NCBI GenBank assembly: GCA_051294375.1
Contig: CM119266.1
Span: 4,772,573-4,836,572 of the forward strand
Reading direction: 5' to 3'
DNA: 64,000 bases
From: Paraspadella gotoi
Lineage: Eukaryota > Animalia > Chaetognatha
Every line of letters starts with the position of its first letter. Position 1 is the stretch's first letter. The position numbers were made by a program, and so were the translations under genes. Below, in pieces: positions 1 to 13,600 of this stretch. Below the pieces are notes generated by a model that ran no database searches, had not been told where the DNA came from, and worked only from the letters and a program-made list of their open reading frames with translations.

Positions 1-721
1 CAATATGTTATACTTAAATTAGCCTTAATTAAACTACTACTTAATACTCACACTATTCAATCTTCTTCATCCAACCAAATACCTGGAGTCATAACTAACT
101 TCCACTTGAACAGTTTCTCAATTTCCAACTCAATTATTACATTTTGCTATTTTGGCTCAATTTTTTAAAAAAATTAAACATTAAATTCGCAATAAAGACT
201 GTTTGATACATATTTCACCTCACGTAAATTGTATTTTTTAAACTAACATAATTAAATCCATGACAAAATAACAAAACAGTCTGTGATAAGCTGGCTCAAT
301 TTGTATAAGTGTCTTAAAAAATCATCTAGGAAGTACGAAAATGTTTCCTAATATTGATTGCCGACTATATAATTTATAAATAAAGTTTTTCATTCTCTAA
401 ATAAAAGTAATAATGAAGAAGACTACGTCTACCGACGGAAAAAATGAAGTGAAATGAATAATAAATACCGATAATAATTATTATCAAGTTTATCCTTTTT
501 ATTGTACAATGAGCTGAGGGGAGAATTAGAAATACTATAAAATTCACAATACACACGAAAAAATTTAGCCGGGATTTTGAAATCACGAGGCCCACATTGA
601 AAAAGAATTGTTTTCCAGTCTCCTAGAACCTTAGCTATTAGCAGAGATTCAAGAAAAGGAAACTATGTAAAGAAGATTATTTAGAATCCGGAGGGATATT
701 TAAAACATTCCAACATTCCCG

Positions 722-3700
722 TCACTTGGCGACTTTTCCGTTTCCAGTCGGCGTCAAGAGCGGCGCTGAAGACCTCGATGCTTCGTCGAGGTCATCGAGA
801 TCGGATTCCGCGGAGACGGAGACGAAGACGTCCTCGTCCACCGATGGTTTCGCCGAGAGTCTCTTCGCAGCGTCAGGAGAAGCAGCAGTTCCGCCGCCGC
901 CGCGATTAATGCTGGCCTGCCGTTCCAGCGTCGTCGCCTTTCGCGCCGCCTCGTAGTCCGACGCTCGTATCTTCAGCATCTGCACCTCGGACGTGGGACG
1001 CAGGGAAAAGTCGGGCACGTATCGCGGAACGGCTCGAGGAGAGTTGGCTCTTCCGGCGCCTTTCTCGACGCCCAAAGCGTCCGCGCCGAAAAAACTGAAA
1101 GGTCCCGTCTCGAAAACGAGGCTCTCGTTGCCGATGCAGACCTCGACGCTTCCTTGAAGGACGAGAGCGAAGAAGTCGCTCGGAACGCCTCGTTCGTAGA
1201 CGAAGCTCGGCCTCGCCGGATCGAACCCGACGTCCACCACCAGGCGCGGTTGCTTGATCAGGCGACGCAGCACATTGGCCGATAGACGCGTTTCGCGAAA
1301 CGGATCCACGTTGGCCGAAAGGAATTGGAAGACGGCTAGAGAGAGTTGAGGCGTGAGGCGCGGAGCGGCCTCTCCGTCATCGTCGTTGTTGAAGGCGGTA
1401 AAGTCGGTCCGCGCCGGTGCGGACCGTCGAGCCTTTCGACGATTGTCCGTGACGACGTCCGTCTCATCGAGGATCTCCGCTTGGATGATTTCCTCGATGA
1501 CGTCTTCAAGAGTCACGATGCCCAACATGTTGTCCGTCGTCGGTTTTGGCATCGTCGAGTCAGATTCTGATTTTGAGTCTTTCCCGTTCTTTTTCTTCTC
1601 CGACTTTTCGTCCTTTTTAGCGGATTTTCCGTCGGCCTTTTCTTCGGCCTCCACGGCGACGGACGAGAACACGACTCCGTCCACCGCGTCAGTGGGCGCG
1701 CCCGCTTTTTTATCCTCTTCGGGACTCGGCACCTCCGTTTCGACCACAACTGCCATGTGGCACTTGCCCTTTTTGAACTCCTCCAGCATGTCGTCCAGTT
1801 TGGTCGATTTTCGGACGGGGATCAGCTGGTGTTGGTAAAAGTCGCAGATGGTCTTCAAGGGGATGCAGTCGTCCGGGTCGACGAAGGCCAAGTCTTTGAT
1901 GCTGAGAAGCCAACGGACGTCCGTGGTCTCGGGTTCGTAGACGGGAATTCGAGAATATCCCTGGCGATTTAGTTGGGGGCATTCACGATTTATTGTTTAA
2001 TTAAAAAGTAGTTTGAGTAATTAATAATAATTATATTTTTTTATTAGAATAACTAGAATAACATGTAACAGTTATCTAAACCTGATTTATCTTAAACCCA
2101 ACCAATAATTATTACATAGTTTTTGACAACTGAAATAAATATCATATGAAATTGATACAACCAATATAAAAATTATCCATTCATTCAATAAATAAGCTAT
2201 CTTGCCCCTGACAGGCTTTGGTGGTTTAAGGCCTCCAGCACTCTTACAAGATAATGACATAGCATTCGAGCTTTCGATCAAGACTCTCTCAGTCTTATTT
2301 ATTCACTCCCAGAGTATTTTATAGTATTACCCTCTTCATGATGTTGCTCATTGTGTTGAAATCCAAGATGGCGTCGTAACTGATCATAAAGACGTCGACT
2401 TTCGGAGTCATGATGTCGGCCACTGACTTTTTGGAAAGATCCAATGCGCCGGTGATGATTTTCATTTCGTCCCGTTGGAGGTCGTTCTGACCGTAGGTGA
2501 CCTTTACAGAAGTGAGAATATATAGATTATATAGAATTATAAATATCTTCACTCTTTTGACTTCATTTTCGTGATATGTTTTAGAGGTATAAATCATCTA
2601 TTGTTTACAGGATATAACCGGTTAGAACTAACCAAAATAATATTAACAATACCAATACCAAAAACTCGTCAACATTTATGCCATAAATTATGGTCCTTTT
2701 TTTTCTCCCACTGTTCATTTGTTTCCCGCTCGATCAGCCTCACCTTGAGCAACTCTCTCAGTTTCTCTCTGTCGTAAACTGTCCCCAATTCCTCGCCCAG
2801 GATTTTATCGAGCAGCAAAGAAATCGGGAACGAGAGAGGAAAAGTCAACAGCATAAAAATCTTGGTGATCCAAATTGTTCGAGCGCCAACGGCCAGACCG
2901 TGACGAGAGCAGATGGCTGTCAACGGGGGGGGGTTAGAATTTGTGGTGCTTTTGATGCTATTACTATAAAAAACAAAACAAAAGGGCTATCCAATGATCG
3001 TTGAAATGCAGATACGACACAGATATTGAGAGGAAAACTGCGTAAGAATTGATGACGCTAGACGTCTCCGTAAATATCGGTTAAATAATTTCGTTCTCTC
3101 TCCCTCAGTTTTTCTCTCCTTTACTTTTCGCTGATTTTGCGCTTTTTTTTTCCTTTTCTTTTCCCTCCCCTTTGCGGACTGATATCTTCCCTCGCTTACC
3201 CACGTAGAGAAATAACCTTTTTCCCCCTTGTGGCCGTTCTGATCCCTCTTCCCCTCCCAACACCTTTTAAAGTGACCTACATATAACCCCCTCCCCGACA
3301 CACCTTGAGGAATGATCTCTCCACAAACCACGATCCCCAACGTGGCGCCGATGACGGCGATGACTCCGCCCCCGCCGGTCAGTTGATCCATGAGAATCGT
3401 GAACGTGTTGTTTACTAGAACGTTGCTAAGCAACAGGGTGCACAGAAGAAAGTTTCCGCGCTCGCGAACCGGACCGATCGTTCTGGCGAATTGTTTTTCT
3501 TTCGGCGTCCCGCAGTTTTCAACGATTTTTAATTCCGTTTTGTCCAAAGCCATCAGGCCGAGATTTAAGCCTGACATCCGTGAATACATTAATGTTTGTC
3601 TTTATTTATTTATTTATTTATTATTATTTATTTATGTTCTTTCTTTCTTTCTCTCTATCTATTTATTTATTTGTTTGTTTCTCTCTTCATTTTTTTCCTT

Positions 3701-4266
3701 TCCTTTTACTCACCCGAAAACAATCCCGACATTATCAGTAGAATGCAGATGATCGCTATCTGCAGCCAAAGCGGCATCAAATACTTGGCTTTTGTTTTGA
3801 TCGCGAGCCGCGGGAGGCGCCCCTGGTGAACGAAGCTGTCGGAGTCGTTCGTCTTCAAACAAACGAAGACGGCGTCGTCGTTTCTGGACAATTTCAAGAC
3901 GATGGTCGCCGTGAGGCCGTCGTCTTCGACATCCTCCATCGTCTGCGGCAGGAACTCTTCCAGCCTGTGGTCGCACGAGTCGCCCGCGTCTCCGGCTCGC
4001 TCGTCCAGCGCCACCTTCAGCCCTCGAATATTTAAATTGACGCCGTAGACGCGGAGGGTCGTGGCCTCGTTCTCCACGACGTAGATGGCGACGGCGTCGA
4101 TCTCGGCCGCGTCGCCGCCTACCGGCGCCAGACCCGTAACGCGCGGAAGCGAGGAGGGCGGCGTAGATCCGCTCGTGTTTTTCGGGGCGTTGGTGGGCGC
4201 GCCGTCGGCGAAAATGTCGGCCAGAAAATAAGTTATTAAAAAAAGAAAAACTATTTGGTTTTTCAT
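722..4266 (-). CDS. CNNM: CNNM/cyclin M family Mg2+ transporter, ~800 aa; exons complement(3714..4266, 3304..3570, 2744..2916, 2331..2501, 722..1960)
   Basis: All four introns are GT-AG with consistent phases (2403 nt total). Signal peptide, DUF21 motifs ([39 protein letters not shown]), CBS pair ([32 protein letters not shown]) and cNMP-binding-homology domain ([20 protein letters not shown]). Confidence 0.95.
2145..2318 (+). mobile_element. Family A arm inside CNNM intron 4
   Basis: tatgaaattgatacaaccaatataaaaattatccattca...cactcccagagta is shared with 9385-9585 and 51288-51500. Short terminal pieces also at 14760-14894 and 18151-18202. Confidence 0.6.
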
Positions 4267-5393
4267 GTTTTATTTCTTTATTATTTTTGGTTTTTAAGAC
4301 TGAAAAAGTCTCGTCTTCATGCAGACTTCGTCTTTATTTCTTTTTCCCGAAAAAAAAAGTGATTTATGGTCCTCGTCTTTCAAGTCGGCGAAATACGAAA
4401 AGCGGAAAAACTATTTCTCCGACGTGTGGGGGAATTAAAAGTCTTTCGAACCGGGATTTACAACCGGGGCAGAATTTGGGAAAACCGGTTTGGAAGTCAC
4501 CGAACCAGCTTCTTCTCTCTTTGTGGATTAGGCGGGCAACACCCGTATCAAAGTTGGTTACAATGTCGCTAAAGGCGAAAAGGTGGCGAATGTAATATAA
4601 TTAAAGATAATAGATTTGAATTAACGCGAATTATTGTTACAATGTTTGTTTTTTGAGAAGGAAAACTATGTACAAATATTTCATATATAAAAATAACTCA
4701 TTCTATAACATTCTCGTTTAGACCAGGGATGAGTTCGTAGTTATTTTGTGGTAAATGCTCTTATCAAATTACGCTCGATTTGATTTCATTCGTGCATGTG
4801 TTCCGTTTCCCACAAAAATTAAAAAAAACATTTGTTTGCATTTCAATTTTTAAATTTTTTTTTTTAGGATTAAAGATCGGCTAGTGGATTTTTCTTTTTA
4901 AATCGATTCGAGGAATGTGTACAACAACAACAACTAGATTCGTGTTCATCTCGAGATAGAGAGAGAGCGAGAGAAAGAGAGACTGGGATTTGGAAATGAC
5001 TGCGTTTGGGAAAGGGAAAGGGAAAGGCGCACCGCCGCCGCCGCTGCTGCTGCGTCAGACTCTAGAGAGAGACACAGAGATGAAGGTGTGGCGTGACGAG
5101 GCGAGAGGTTTCGATGATTGCAGTCGTTAATAACTTTTAAACTATGAATTATAATCCGATTTAATCATTTAGTTTACAATTAAAACAAGCTTGACACGAT
5201 TTTTTTAGAGGTATTGTCAGTCGTCAAACTGAGGGTTTTTCTAATAGACAAAATTTCTAATGCTAAGGCCATAATTCATCGTTCGCTTTTGAACTTTAAA
5301 AAAGTTGGCAACAATTCAAACAACCAACTTTATTAATTCAACACGAATAATTCAACTTTTTATTTTCCGAACGGAAATTTTTATTTTTCAAAT

Positions 5394-7310
5394 TTACATT
5401 CGATTATCTTCAAAGGTTTCTGTGAATCGCTTGTCGAAGTAATCTTTAGCAGTGATTGGTTGAAATTCTGTCTTTCCGTCGTTCATTGGCTGGCGATTAC
5501 CACATTCCACGGGTGTATTTTTAAACTGGAGTGCTTCAATGACTAAGTCCTCTCTGGGGATAAAACGAAAGATAAGAACGTGAGAAAATGTAAGAAAAAA
5601 AAACATGTAGCCGTAAATAGTTAAAACCTGGGGTGCAGAAAGAACGCGATTGACTGTCGCTCTTGCGGCAAAGGGTTGACGACTCGATGGAAGGTGGCGC
5701 GGAGCGACCCTGCTGTCCAGCGTTCCATCATGTCACCTGCCGATGTTTGATTATTTCATGTAAAGAAAACAAACGGCTCATTGCGTGGCAACGTGCATCT
5801 CTAAGAGAGATAAAGATACACTTGACTTGACCTCCGCGTCTCACCGATATTGACGAGGATGGCGCCGTCCAGCGGCGGCGCGGGAACGTAATCCCCGCCA
5901 CGCCGGGTCTGCACCTCGAGGCCGCCGACGCCGCGCTGGAAGAGGAGGGTCAGTGTTCCGTAGTCCGTGTGTTCGCCGAGCTGGACTTGGTCTGGAGAAT
6001 TGATGGGAGGAAATGATTAAGATTATAGACTTAATATTAATTATTATACATTATTATTGCCAATATGCTAATATTATTTTTAATCGTTTCATTTCGATAA
6101 TTAAAATATAATATCTCAAATTTAATTTGTAATAAAGGATCCCATATTATCTCACTTTTCAAAATCCGTATCAAAAACTCACCATCACTCAAACATTCAA
6201 CTCACCTTCCTTCAAATCTCCCGACTCCACCAGCGGATAGAACAATGTCCTCAGTTGCGAAGTGTTGTCGGTCGAATCGAGATCGTGGTTGTCGGCAAAA
6301 AAGTCGGGATCCTCCAGACGGAGACCGACTCCCAGCAGCCGCAACAGGAGGCGGCAGAGACGCTGCGACTCCGAGACGAGACGACAGAGGTGTTGGCGGA
6401 AGTCGCCGTCAGAGGGCCAGAGGGTGCCTTTGGAAAGTGGAGGGATTATTATCATTAAGAAATGGTTCATGAACCTATTCATTAACTGTATGTCAACGAA
6501 AACAAAAAAAAACAAAAAACAAAAAAATTGATTAAAAAAAATTGTCTAAGCCTAAGGATTTATTTATTTTTTTGAAAATTTGCTCAAAAATTTTATCCGG
6601 TTTTATAGATCGTTTTTTTATATTTTTGCAATGTAAAACTCTTTGTGATTGTCAAAATTTTAGATCCTCATATAACCTTGTTTGGTGATGTCGAAACTTT
6701 CTCGAAAATCTCCCGATTTTCTTTGTGGATTCACGCCTTCTGCTTCAAGGCGCACGTAGCCGTGGCGTGAAGCTCTCTGAGTAATGTAGATGTTGTTTTA
6801 AATCATTTTAATGTATAAAGTTTTAAAATATTATTAAATAGTCACCTCTACTTTAGTTTTTGATTTTTCGGCCAAGGGCAACGCGAAGAAACGACGCGAT
6901 GTCTTGTTTGAAAATTTTTTGGTAAAAATCGTTAGTTTTTATTAACTTTGTTGATCCCTTTAACTAAGTTAAATACTAGACAACACGAGCTCACTTGGAA
7001 AGCATTTTCAATAACATCCTGGAGAATGCCGTGGCTCTTTACGTAAACAAATCCCACGGTCGACAAGGCTTCGACCAACTGAACCGAAAAAAAAAGGTTT
7101 TGTTTTCCTTTTTGGTAAAAAAAATGACAAAAAGTGCCTTTGCCTTTGGAAGTAATTAATCATAAATATTTTTAATTAATTTCTTACCCTTTCCGCAAGT
7201 TCGAGAAACGAATCATAACTGTGGTCAGGAAGGGAAGAAAAACTGTTTCCAGGTTTAATAAAATCCTTAAAGTCGATGATAGGAATCGAAGATTCCTCGT
7301 GGAAGTTCAT
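5394..7310 (-). CDS. 2-oxoglutarate/Fe(II)-dependent dioxygenase (DIOX_N + 2OG-FeII_Oxy, IPNS-like family), 333 aa; exons complement(7188..7310, 6995..7078, 6846..6902, 6677..6776, 6206..6427, 5845..5991, 5628..5736, 5394..5553)
   Basis: Seven GT-AG introns with consistent phases (1002 nt). Motifs [46 protein letters not shown] (HxD), [17 protein letters not shown] (distal His) and RQSIAFF (RxS). Confidence 0.92.
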
Positions 7311-9384
7311 GTCGGTTTCTCCTTCGTTGTGAAATGAAAAAAAAGATTAAAAAGATTTTGTTTGAAGTCAATTTGAAGGTCAAGCGTGAGGCGAGTCGGA
7401 AAATGTCGCGCGTAGCGGTATGAGAAAAGTCATCTTTGAACTTTATGTATATCAATTAATTTTTTTAAAACTGGTCAATCTTCGTTCCAATGATTTCCGA
7501 GATTTTTTTTCTTCTGATAAACCAAAACAAGATGTTTTCGTTACCATAATCAAAATCTAGTAAACAATAAATTTAAAGTACAAAAAACAAAGTACAAATT
7601 ATACCTAGTTTAAAATAAAACTTTTATATATTTTTTTAATTTTTTCAACTAATTTTTTTTTTACTAAGATTACGCAATCACAAAATGAAATTAGTGACTA
7701 TTTTAATTTATAATAATTAGGTTTATAGAAACTAAAAAAAGTTTAATGTAATTTTAAATTAAAAGTAACCCAAAATAATGAGTAATGCCATTACTAATTA
7801 CTAATGGGGTTAGTTATAATAAGACAAAAGATTTCTTATGCAAGTGCAAAACACATTAACCGAACATACGTACCTTCCAAAAAATTATTTACGCAATATG
7901 AACTTTTAAACAACTGAAAACTGCCATTTCTGTTCTGTGAGTTTAGCGTCAGTTTCTCGTTCACAATATAAAAAAATATTGACGAACAAAACGCCGGTAT
8001 GCAGAAACGTCTAAAAATAATATTATTGAACCAGTGCCGAGTCTTGCATGTTCACCCGCTACGCTGAAGAGGTCGCTACTAATTTTCTATTCGAAAAGGT
8101 TTTGAGAAAAAGAAAAAAAATGAACATATTTTTTGCAATGATGTGATTATCATGATCATTATGGCAATAATCGTAATAATATTGCGATCTTGCCATTGAT
8201 GTTCATGTTGATGTAATTATCCGAAGAAATATATTTCTTTTTTTCTAAGATTTTATTTATCAATGTATAATTGTTTAGATATAGACCAGCAGAAGGCTTA
8301 TTATTATATATCTAGGTTATCAGCGATAAAAGATAAAGGAGCATGTTGCTTGAGGCGGAGGCAGCGAGCCTTCGGAATTTCGGTTTATTCTCAGGAAATA
8401 ATTGATAAGATTTTGATTGTGAAATGCTTGAAGGCCGATTTGGGACTTTTCAGGAGCAACGGTTGGAGGTTATCAGAAATGCTTGTGGTATCGAAAGCTT
8501 GTAAAATTAATTAATTTTTTTGATTTATATCTGAAACTATTAGACTAATATGACATAGAGAACCCGGTTAGTCTCGCGGCTGATTCTAAGATATATTTAT
8601 CAGATGTCCGAGAAAAATGTTTTCAGAAAAAAAAAACACTTTTCTCGTTCGTCTAACTCAAACGTACAAATTGAATCATAAAGCTTTTTTTATATAACCG
8701 ATATTCTTAAAAGCTAGCTTAACCGGTCATATTGCACAACTCCCTTTCGTTGTCCGTAACTGTTTAACGAAAACCGGTTTTAGGGAGCGATTTACAAATC
8801 ACAATCTTTAATTTCGAAAACGACAAAAAACTCTGGGCGATAAGAAAAAAAAGTCAGCGATTGATTTGCGTCATCAATTATCTTTTACAATCGCCGTGTA
8901 ATTCCCGAAAGCTATTTTATGACTATAGCAAAATTGTTTCGGGGTTATTTCGTAGGTGATTCAGGATTAAATTCTGTTTTGCGTTCATTTCAAATGACTG
9001 GCCTTATATTTTTCCTATTCAAACCTCTACAGTCTACACTTCTCAATAGTATTTTTTTTATTTGCAAGCTTCTTGAGGCAAAAAAAAACAAAAAAAAACA
9101 AAACATATCGGACCGATATACGCCGATCGCTCTTGGTTCTTCCTTCCCCTTTGCTTTTTGCGAAATAATAAATATGAATAAATAATTTTTTTTAAAGTTT
9201 GAAAATCCGATAACGTGAAAAGGTTTTGACAACCGCCTCCGTATTCGAAATGTGAATTGTCGAATGCAATGTTTGATTTTTCACTGAGTTTAGAAAACAA
9301 TTCGGAAATATAGAAGTTGGACTGGTGTGTTTTGAACTAATAATGAATTTCGCAAAAGCGTCCATAATTTTGTTTTTCGTTTTT

Positions 9385-9585
9385 CATGAAATTGGTACAA
9401 CCAATATAAAAATTATCCATTCATTTAATAAATAAGCTATCTTGCTCCTGACTTTGGACAGGCTAATGACAAGATAATGACATAGCAGGTCCCTGCAAGC
9501 TTTCAATCAAGACTCTCTCACAGTTTCGTTTATTCACTCCCAGAGTACCTGGCTTCCCTTTCAATGAAGTGGTATAATATTTCAA
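9385..9585 (+). mobile_element. Family A arm, intergenic/5' of Piezo
   Basis: High similarity to 2145-2318 and 51288-51500. Confidence 0.6.
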
Positions 9586-10650
9586 AGAATGTTTCAATTG
9601 TATGAAATGTATTAGATCGGGGAATAATTATTGTACTCCGCACTAGCATCAAAATACAAGGAGCTGAATTTTATGAAATTGATACAATGTAATGTAATTG
9701 AAAATTACAAAAAAATATCCGATTATTCTATGAATTAACAAGAATTTTATGTATGTACATATTTTTATTGTTCTTTATAGGTTATATTTTTTTACGGTCA
9801 TTGAACTCAATGAAAAAATTGTTTTTATGTAAAAAATGTTTATGATTAATATATTTGTATTAAGTATAATAACTTCATTCACAAAAAATATTTTCCTATG
9901 CGAATAACAATATTCATTATCGGATAATTTCTTTCCCCATGTGAAAAGAGAGGAGCCGAATCGACATTCCAGTGGCTATAAACCATTTCTTCTCCCTTTC
10001 AACCATATGATCCATTAACCATTAAGATATTTGTTTCCCTCTTATTCACTGAGTCACTCACTCCCGTTCGATGATCGAATACATCATCACACCGATCATC
10101 GTTTCAGCTTTCGATTCTTTAAAAATTATTTTCATCATTCAATTTTTATTTAAAAAGCCTTTTTTAATTTTAATTCTTTTTGTTTCAGGAATCCGGATTA
10201 AAAAGCAAAATAAACAAACAAAAGGACAATGAACTACTCCGCGATCCGACCGTAAACGAGAATCGATCGCCATGTCGATTCCGGATCGAACATTTTTCGA
10301 AAGGACGATCCATTTCGACGGAACGTGATTTTTAAGAAAATAATTTTAAATAATCAACGATCGAATAGCAATAATTTAATGCACAAAACTTGGATTATTA
10401 ATTAACCCAACGTGAATATCTAATCGGATCTAATTAACGACAATCGCTTGCCACGCGTGAAAAATCAATAATTTAATTAATAAAACTGATAAATCTTAAT
10501 CGACGGATCGATTCACGATCGGCGATGCATCGGAAAAGGGATTCCGATCGAGGAAATAAATACGCGTAATCTTATTTCGGTTGACTGGCATCAAGATCGA
10601 GTTTCGATCTCGGGCCAATCTCGTTCACGATGAGGGGAACGAAGATGACA

Positions 10651-13600
10651 ATGTCGGCGAGGGCCACTTGCGCCTTGCTCTTTCGCGTTCTGGTTCCTCT
10701 TGTGCTGCTGTCGGGTTAGTTCAGTCAAGGGTTAGTTTTAAGTTTAAAGACTTTAAACCTTATCTTAATAATTATTTAATAAAAAGCTATTAAGGTTAGG
10801 TTTGAATTTAATATTTAATATTTAATATTGAGTTTTAGGATCGGACAATAGCCATCTGGGGTTAATTTTACCTTCTCCGACCGGGGTTAGGGAGGGGTTA
10901 GGATTAAGGGTGGTTTAGGGATAATGGTGGTTACTGGTTAGGGTTAGAAGGATTTAGGGTTAGGGTAATATTTTTTTAATTTAAACAAAATATTTTAAGT
11001 GGTTTTTAAAAAGACGCAAAAAATGTGGTCAGCGAAAAAATTTTTTGCTGGCATCTGTTTATTCTTAATAAATTTTTTTTTTTACATTCGCTTATTGGGA
11101 TTTTCTTTACTAACAACTTATAAAGGGTAAAAGTTAATACTCTTACCTTAACCCAAATCCTGAACCCGTCTAACCCCTCTAACCCCCATATCCCTAACCA
11201 CCCCTAACCCTAAATCCCCCAGTCGGCGAATATAAAATTAAGCCCATTAAATAGTACATAAATTCATAAATATACATTGTCTACTTTCTTTAAACTTCCA
11301 GCTGCGGCGCTGCGCTACAACCTCCTTTCTCTCGTCTACGGACTCTGCCTCTTCGCTGCTCCGCTGCTGCCGCAGCCGACGCGGGAATCCATGGGTCTCT
11401 CCGCCGAAGACTCTCGTGGAAGGCGGCAGCGGTTTCCGGAGCGGGAACAGAAAAAGGGCTCCACCGGTGGGTTGGAGGACGGTGGGGGGGGGGGTTAGGC
11501 AGTGGTGTGGAAAATAGTCAAGGTTGGGAAGATGATATTTCTATTTGTTTGTTTGCGACTGCGTCTGCGCGCGTGAGCCTGTGTTCGTGTTTTTCTGTTT
11601 TTATCTGTGGGGGGAAAACTGTCGCGAGACAGAGAGGAAATTGCTATTTAGAGAAATATTTGGAACTTCAGCATTTATTATTTATCATTCAACCTCATAT
11701 AGGGTTTTATTCTTCTCCCGTTTTACATACCCATGTCAATCTCGCTTATTGCTCAAATTTTTATCTTATTTTATCTTATTTTATCCCTTATCCCTTTTAT
11801 TTCTTACCTTACCTTTCCTATTTTTCCTTTTATTAAATACTTTACCTTTCCCATTTTCCCTTTATTTCCTACCTTACTTTTCCCCTTTTTCCTTTTATTT
11901 CCTACCTTACTTTTCCCCTTTTTCCTTTTATTTCCTACCTTACCTTTCCCCTTTTATTTCCTACCTTACCTTTCCCTTACCTTTTCAAAACTTCCTCACC
12001 CTTCATCCCAAACCTTCTGCAGGTCGATATCTCAAAGCGATCGTTTTCATCTCCTTTCTATTCATCGTCGCTCAATTGACTTTTCAAATCGTGCTGCTAG
12101 CGACGCCCCCTTACGGCCACCTACTGCCCACCTGCGCTCAGGGGGAAAGGGGCGTCATCGAGGTAAGGGTTAAATATTTGAAGAGAATCTATTTTTAGTA
12201 AATCCTTGGATTCGCTGCAAGAGTTTAGGAAATCCGATGAATATTTCGACCGTTAGGGAACGGGAGGTTTTATTTTAAAATCTTTATGATTATCAAAATT
12301 TCATTTCAAAATTTGATACAGTGACAAACATCAACACAATTAAATTAAGTCTAACCCTCCCCAAACAGAAAAGCAAAACGAAAAAAGACGTTAACAGTAA
12401 TGATACTCTATAAGAGTATTTCAAAGTTATTATACAAATAAATAAGCACATTATTTTCCGTTAAAACTAATTTCTTTGTAAATCGTTCATGACTGCTTTG
12501 AAAAATCGTATAAATATCAGGGTAACCAAAACATTCTCTCAATTGGCGGACCCTTTCCCCATCTGTTCCAGCCAAATATTTTACGAATGCCATTGTTGAT
12601 TGCCACATTTAATTGATACATATATTTGTACCGAAATTGTTTTATTTCGCAACCATATCTTAATATTGATACACAATTAGTGAACTGTGGCTAACTTTCG
12701 AACCTAACCAATAATAATTTATTGAAAATAATGAGTTGGTGGGTAATAATACAAGTGATTTTTTTTTGCCTTAAACTAATATATTACACTAAAGTCTCTT
12801 CAACTTGAAATAATAAAATAATTTTTGAATGAAAAAGATTTTTGAAAAATGAAAAATTAAAAATGAATGAAAAATGAAAAATGAAAAATTTGTTTTAACT
12901 GCATTTATTTAAATTAATGGTTAATTTGAAATATCTGCTCTTTTGTTCCTTATTCAGGCCGTCGTACGTCAACTCGGGTTTCAGCGTCTCGACACGCCCA
13001 CTCCCGTCAACGTTTTGCGTCTCGTCGTTCCCGACGTCGTAGTCTTCATCTGCGTCGTCGCCGTCCACGTCGTCTGCGCGAGGATGGCGCGAAAGTAAGG
13101 CAGGGACTTGGATTTTGCGTTGAATTTACCATCTTCCCGTCAGAATTGCCATCTCTTTCCCCGCGCCATTCAAATTACCATCTCTTTCCCCGGCGCCATT
13201 CAAATTGCCATCTCTTTCCCCGGCGTCATTCAAATTGCCATCTCTTTCCCCGGCGCCATTAAAATTGCATCTCTTTCCCCGGCGCCATTCAAATTGCCAT
13301 CTCTTTCCCGCCAAACAGACATAACATCCGCGACGCTCACGCCGATCTCCCTGTCACCATCCACGAGCTGCAGCAGCAGCAGGAAGAGTTCGCCGCAGCC
13401 TCCGCCGCTCTCGACGCCGTCTCTCCGCAGGCCCCGCCCACTTCCGGCTATTCGGCGGCGCCTTCCGGGACCACCGCTGCCGGCGGACCGCCAACCGCCG
13501 CCACGACGCCGATAACTTCGCCGGCCGGAGCGTCGATGTCCGAAGGGCGGCGGGGGACCTTCGCCGCTGCCAACGGAGACATAGTCGAGAAGCACAATCA

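Noticed and set aside
10880-11220. Telomere fusion site
   Set aside because: Repeats are highly degenerate, separated by an AT-rich spacer and enclosed by TIRs; a foldback element fits better.
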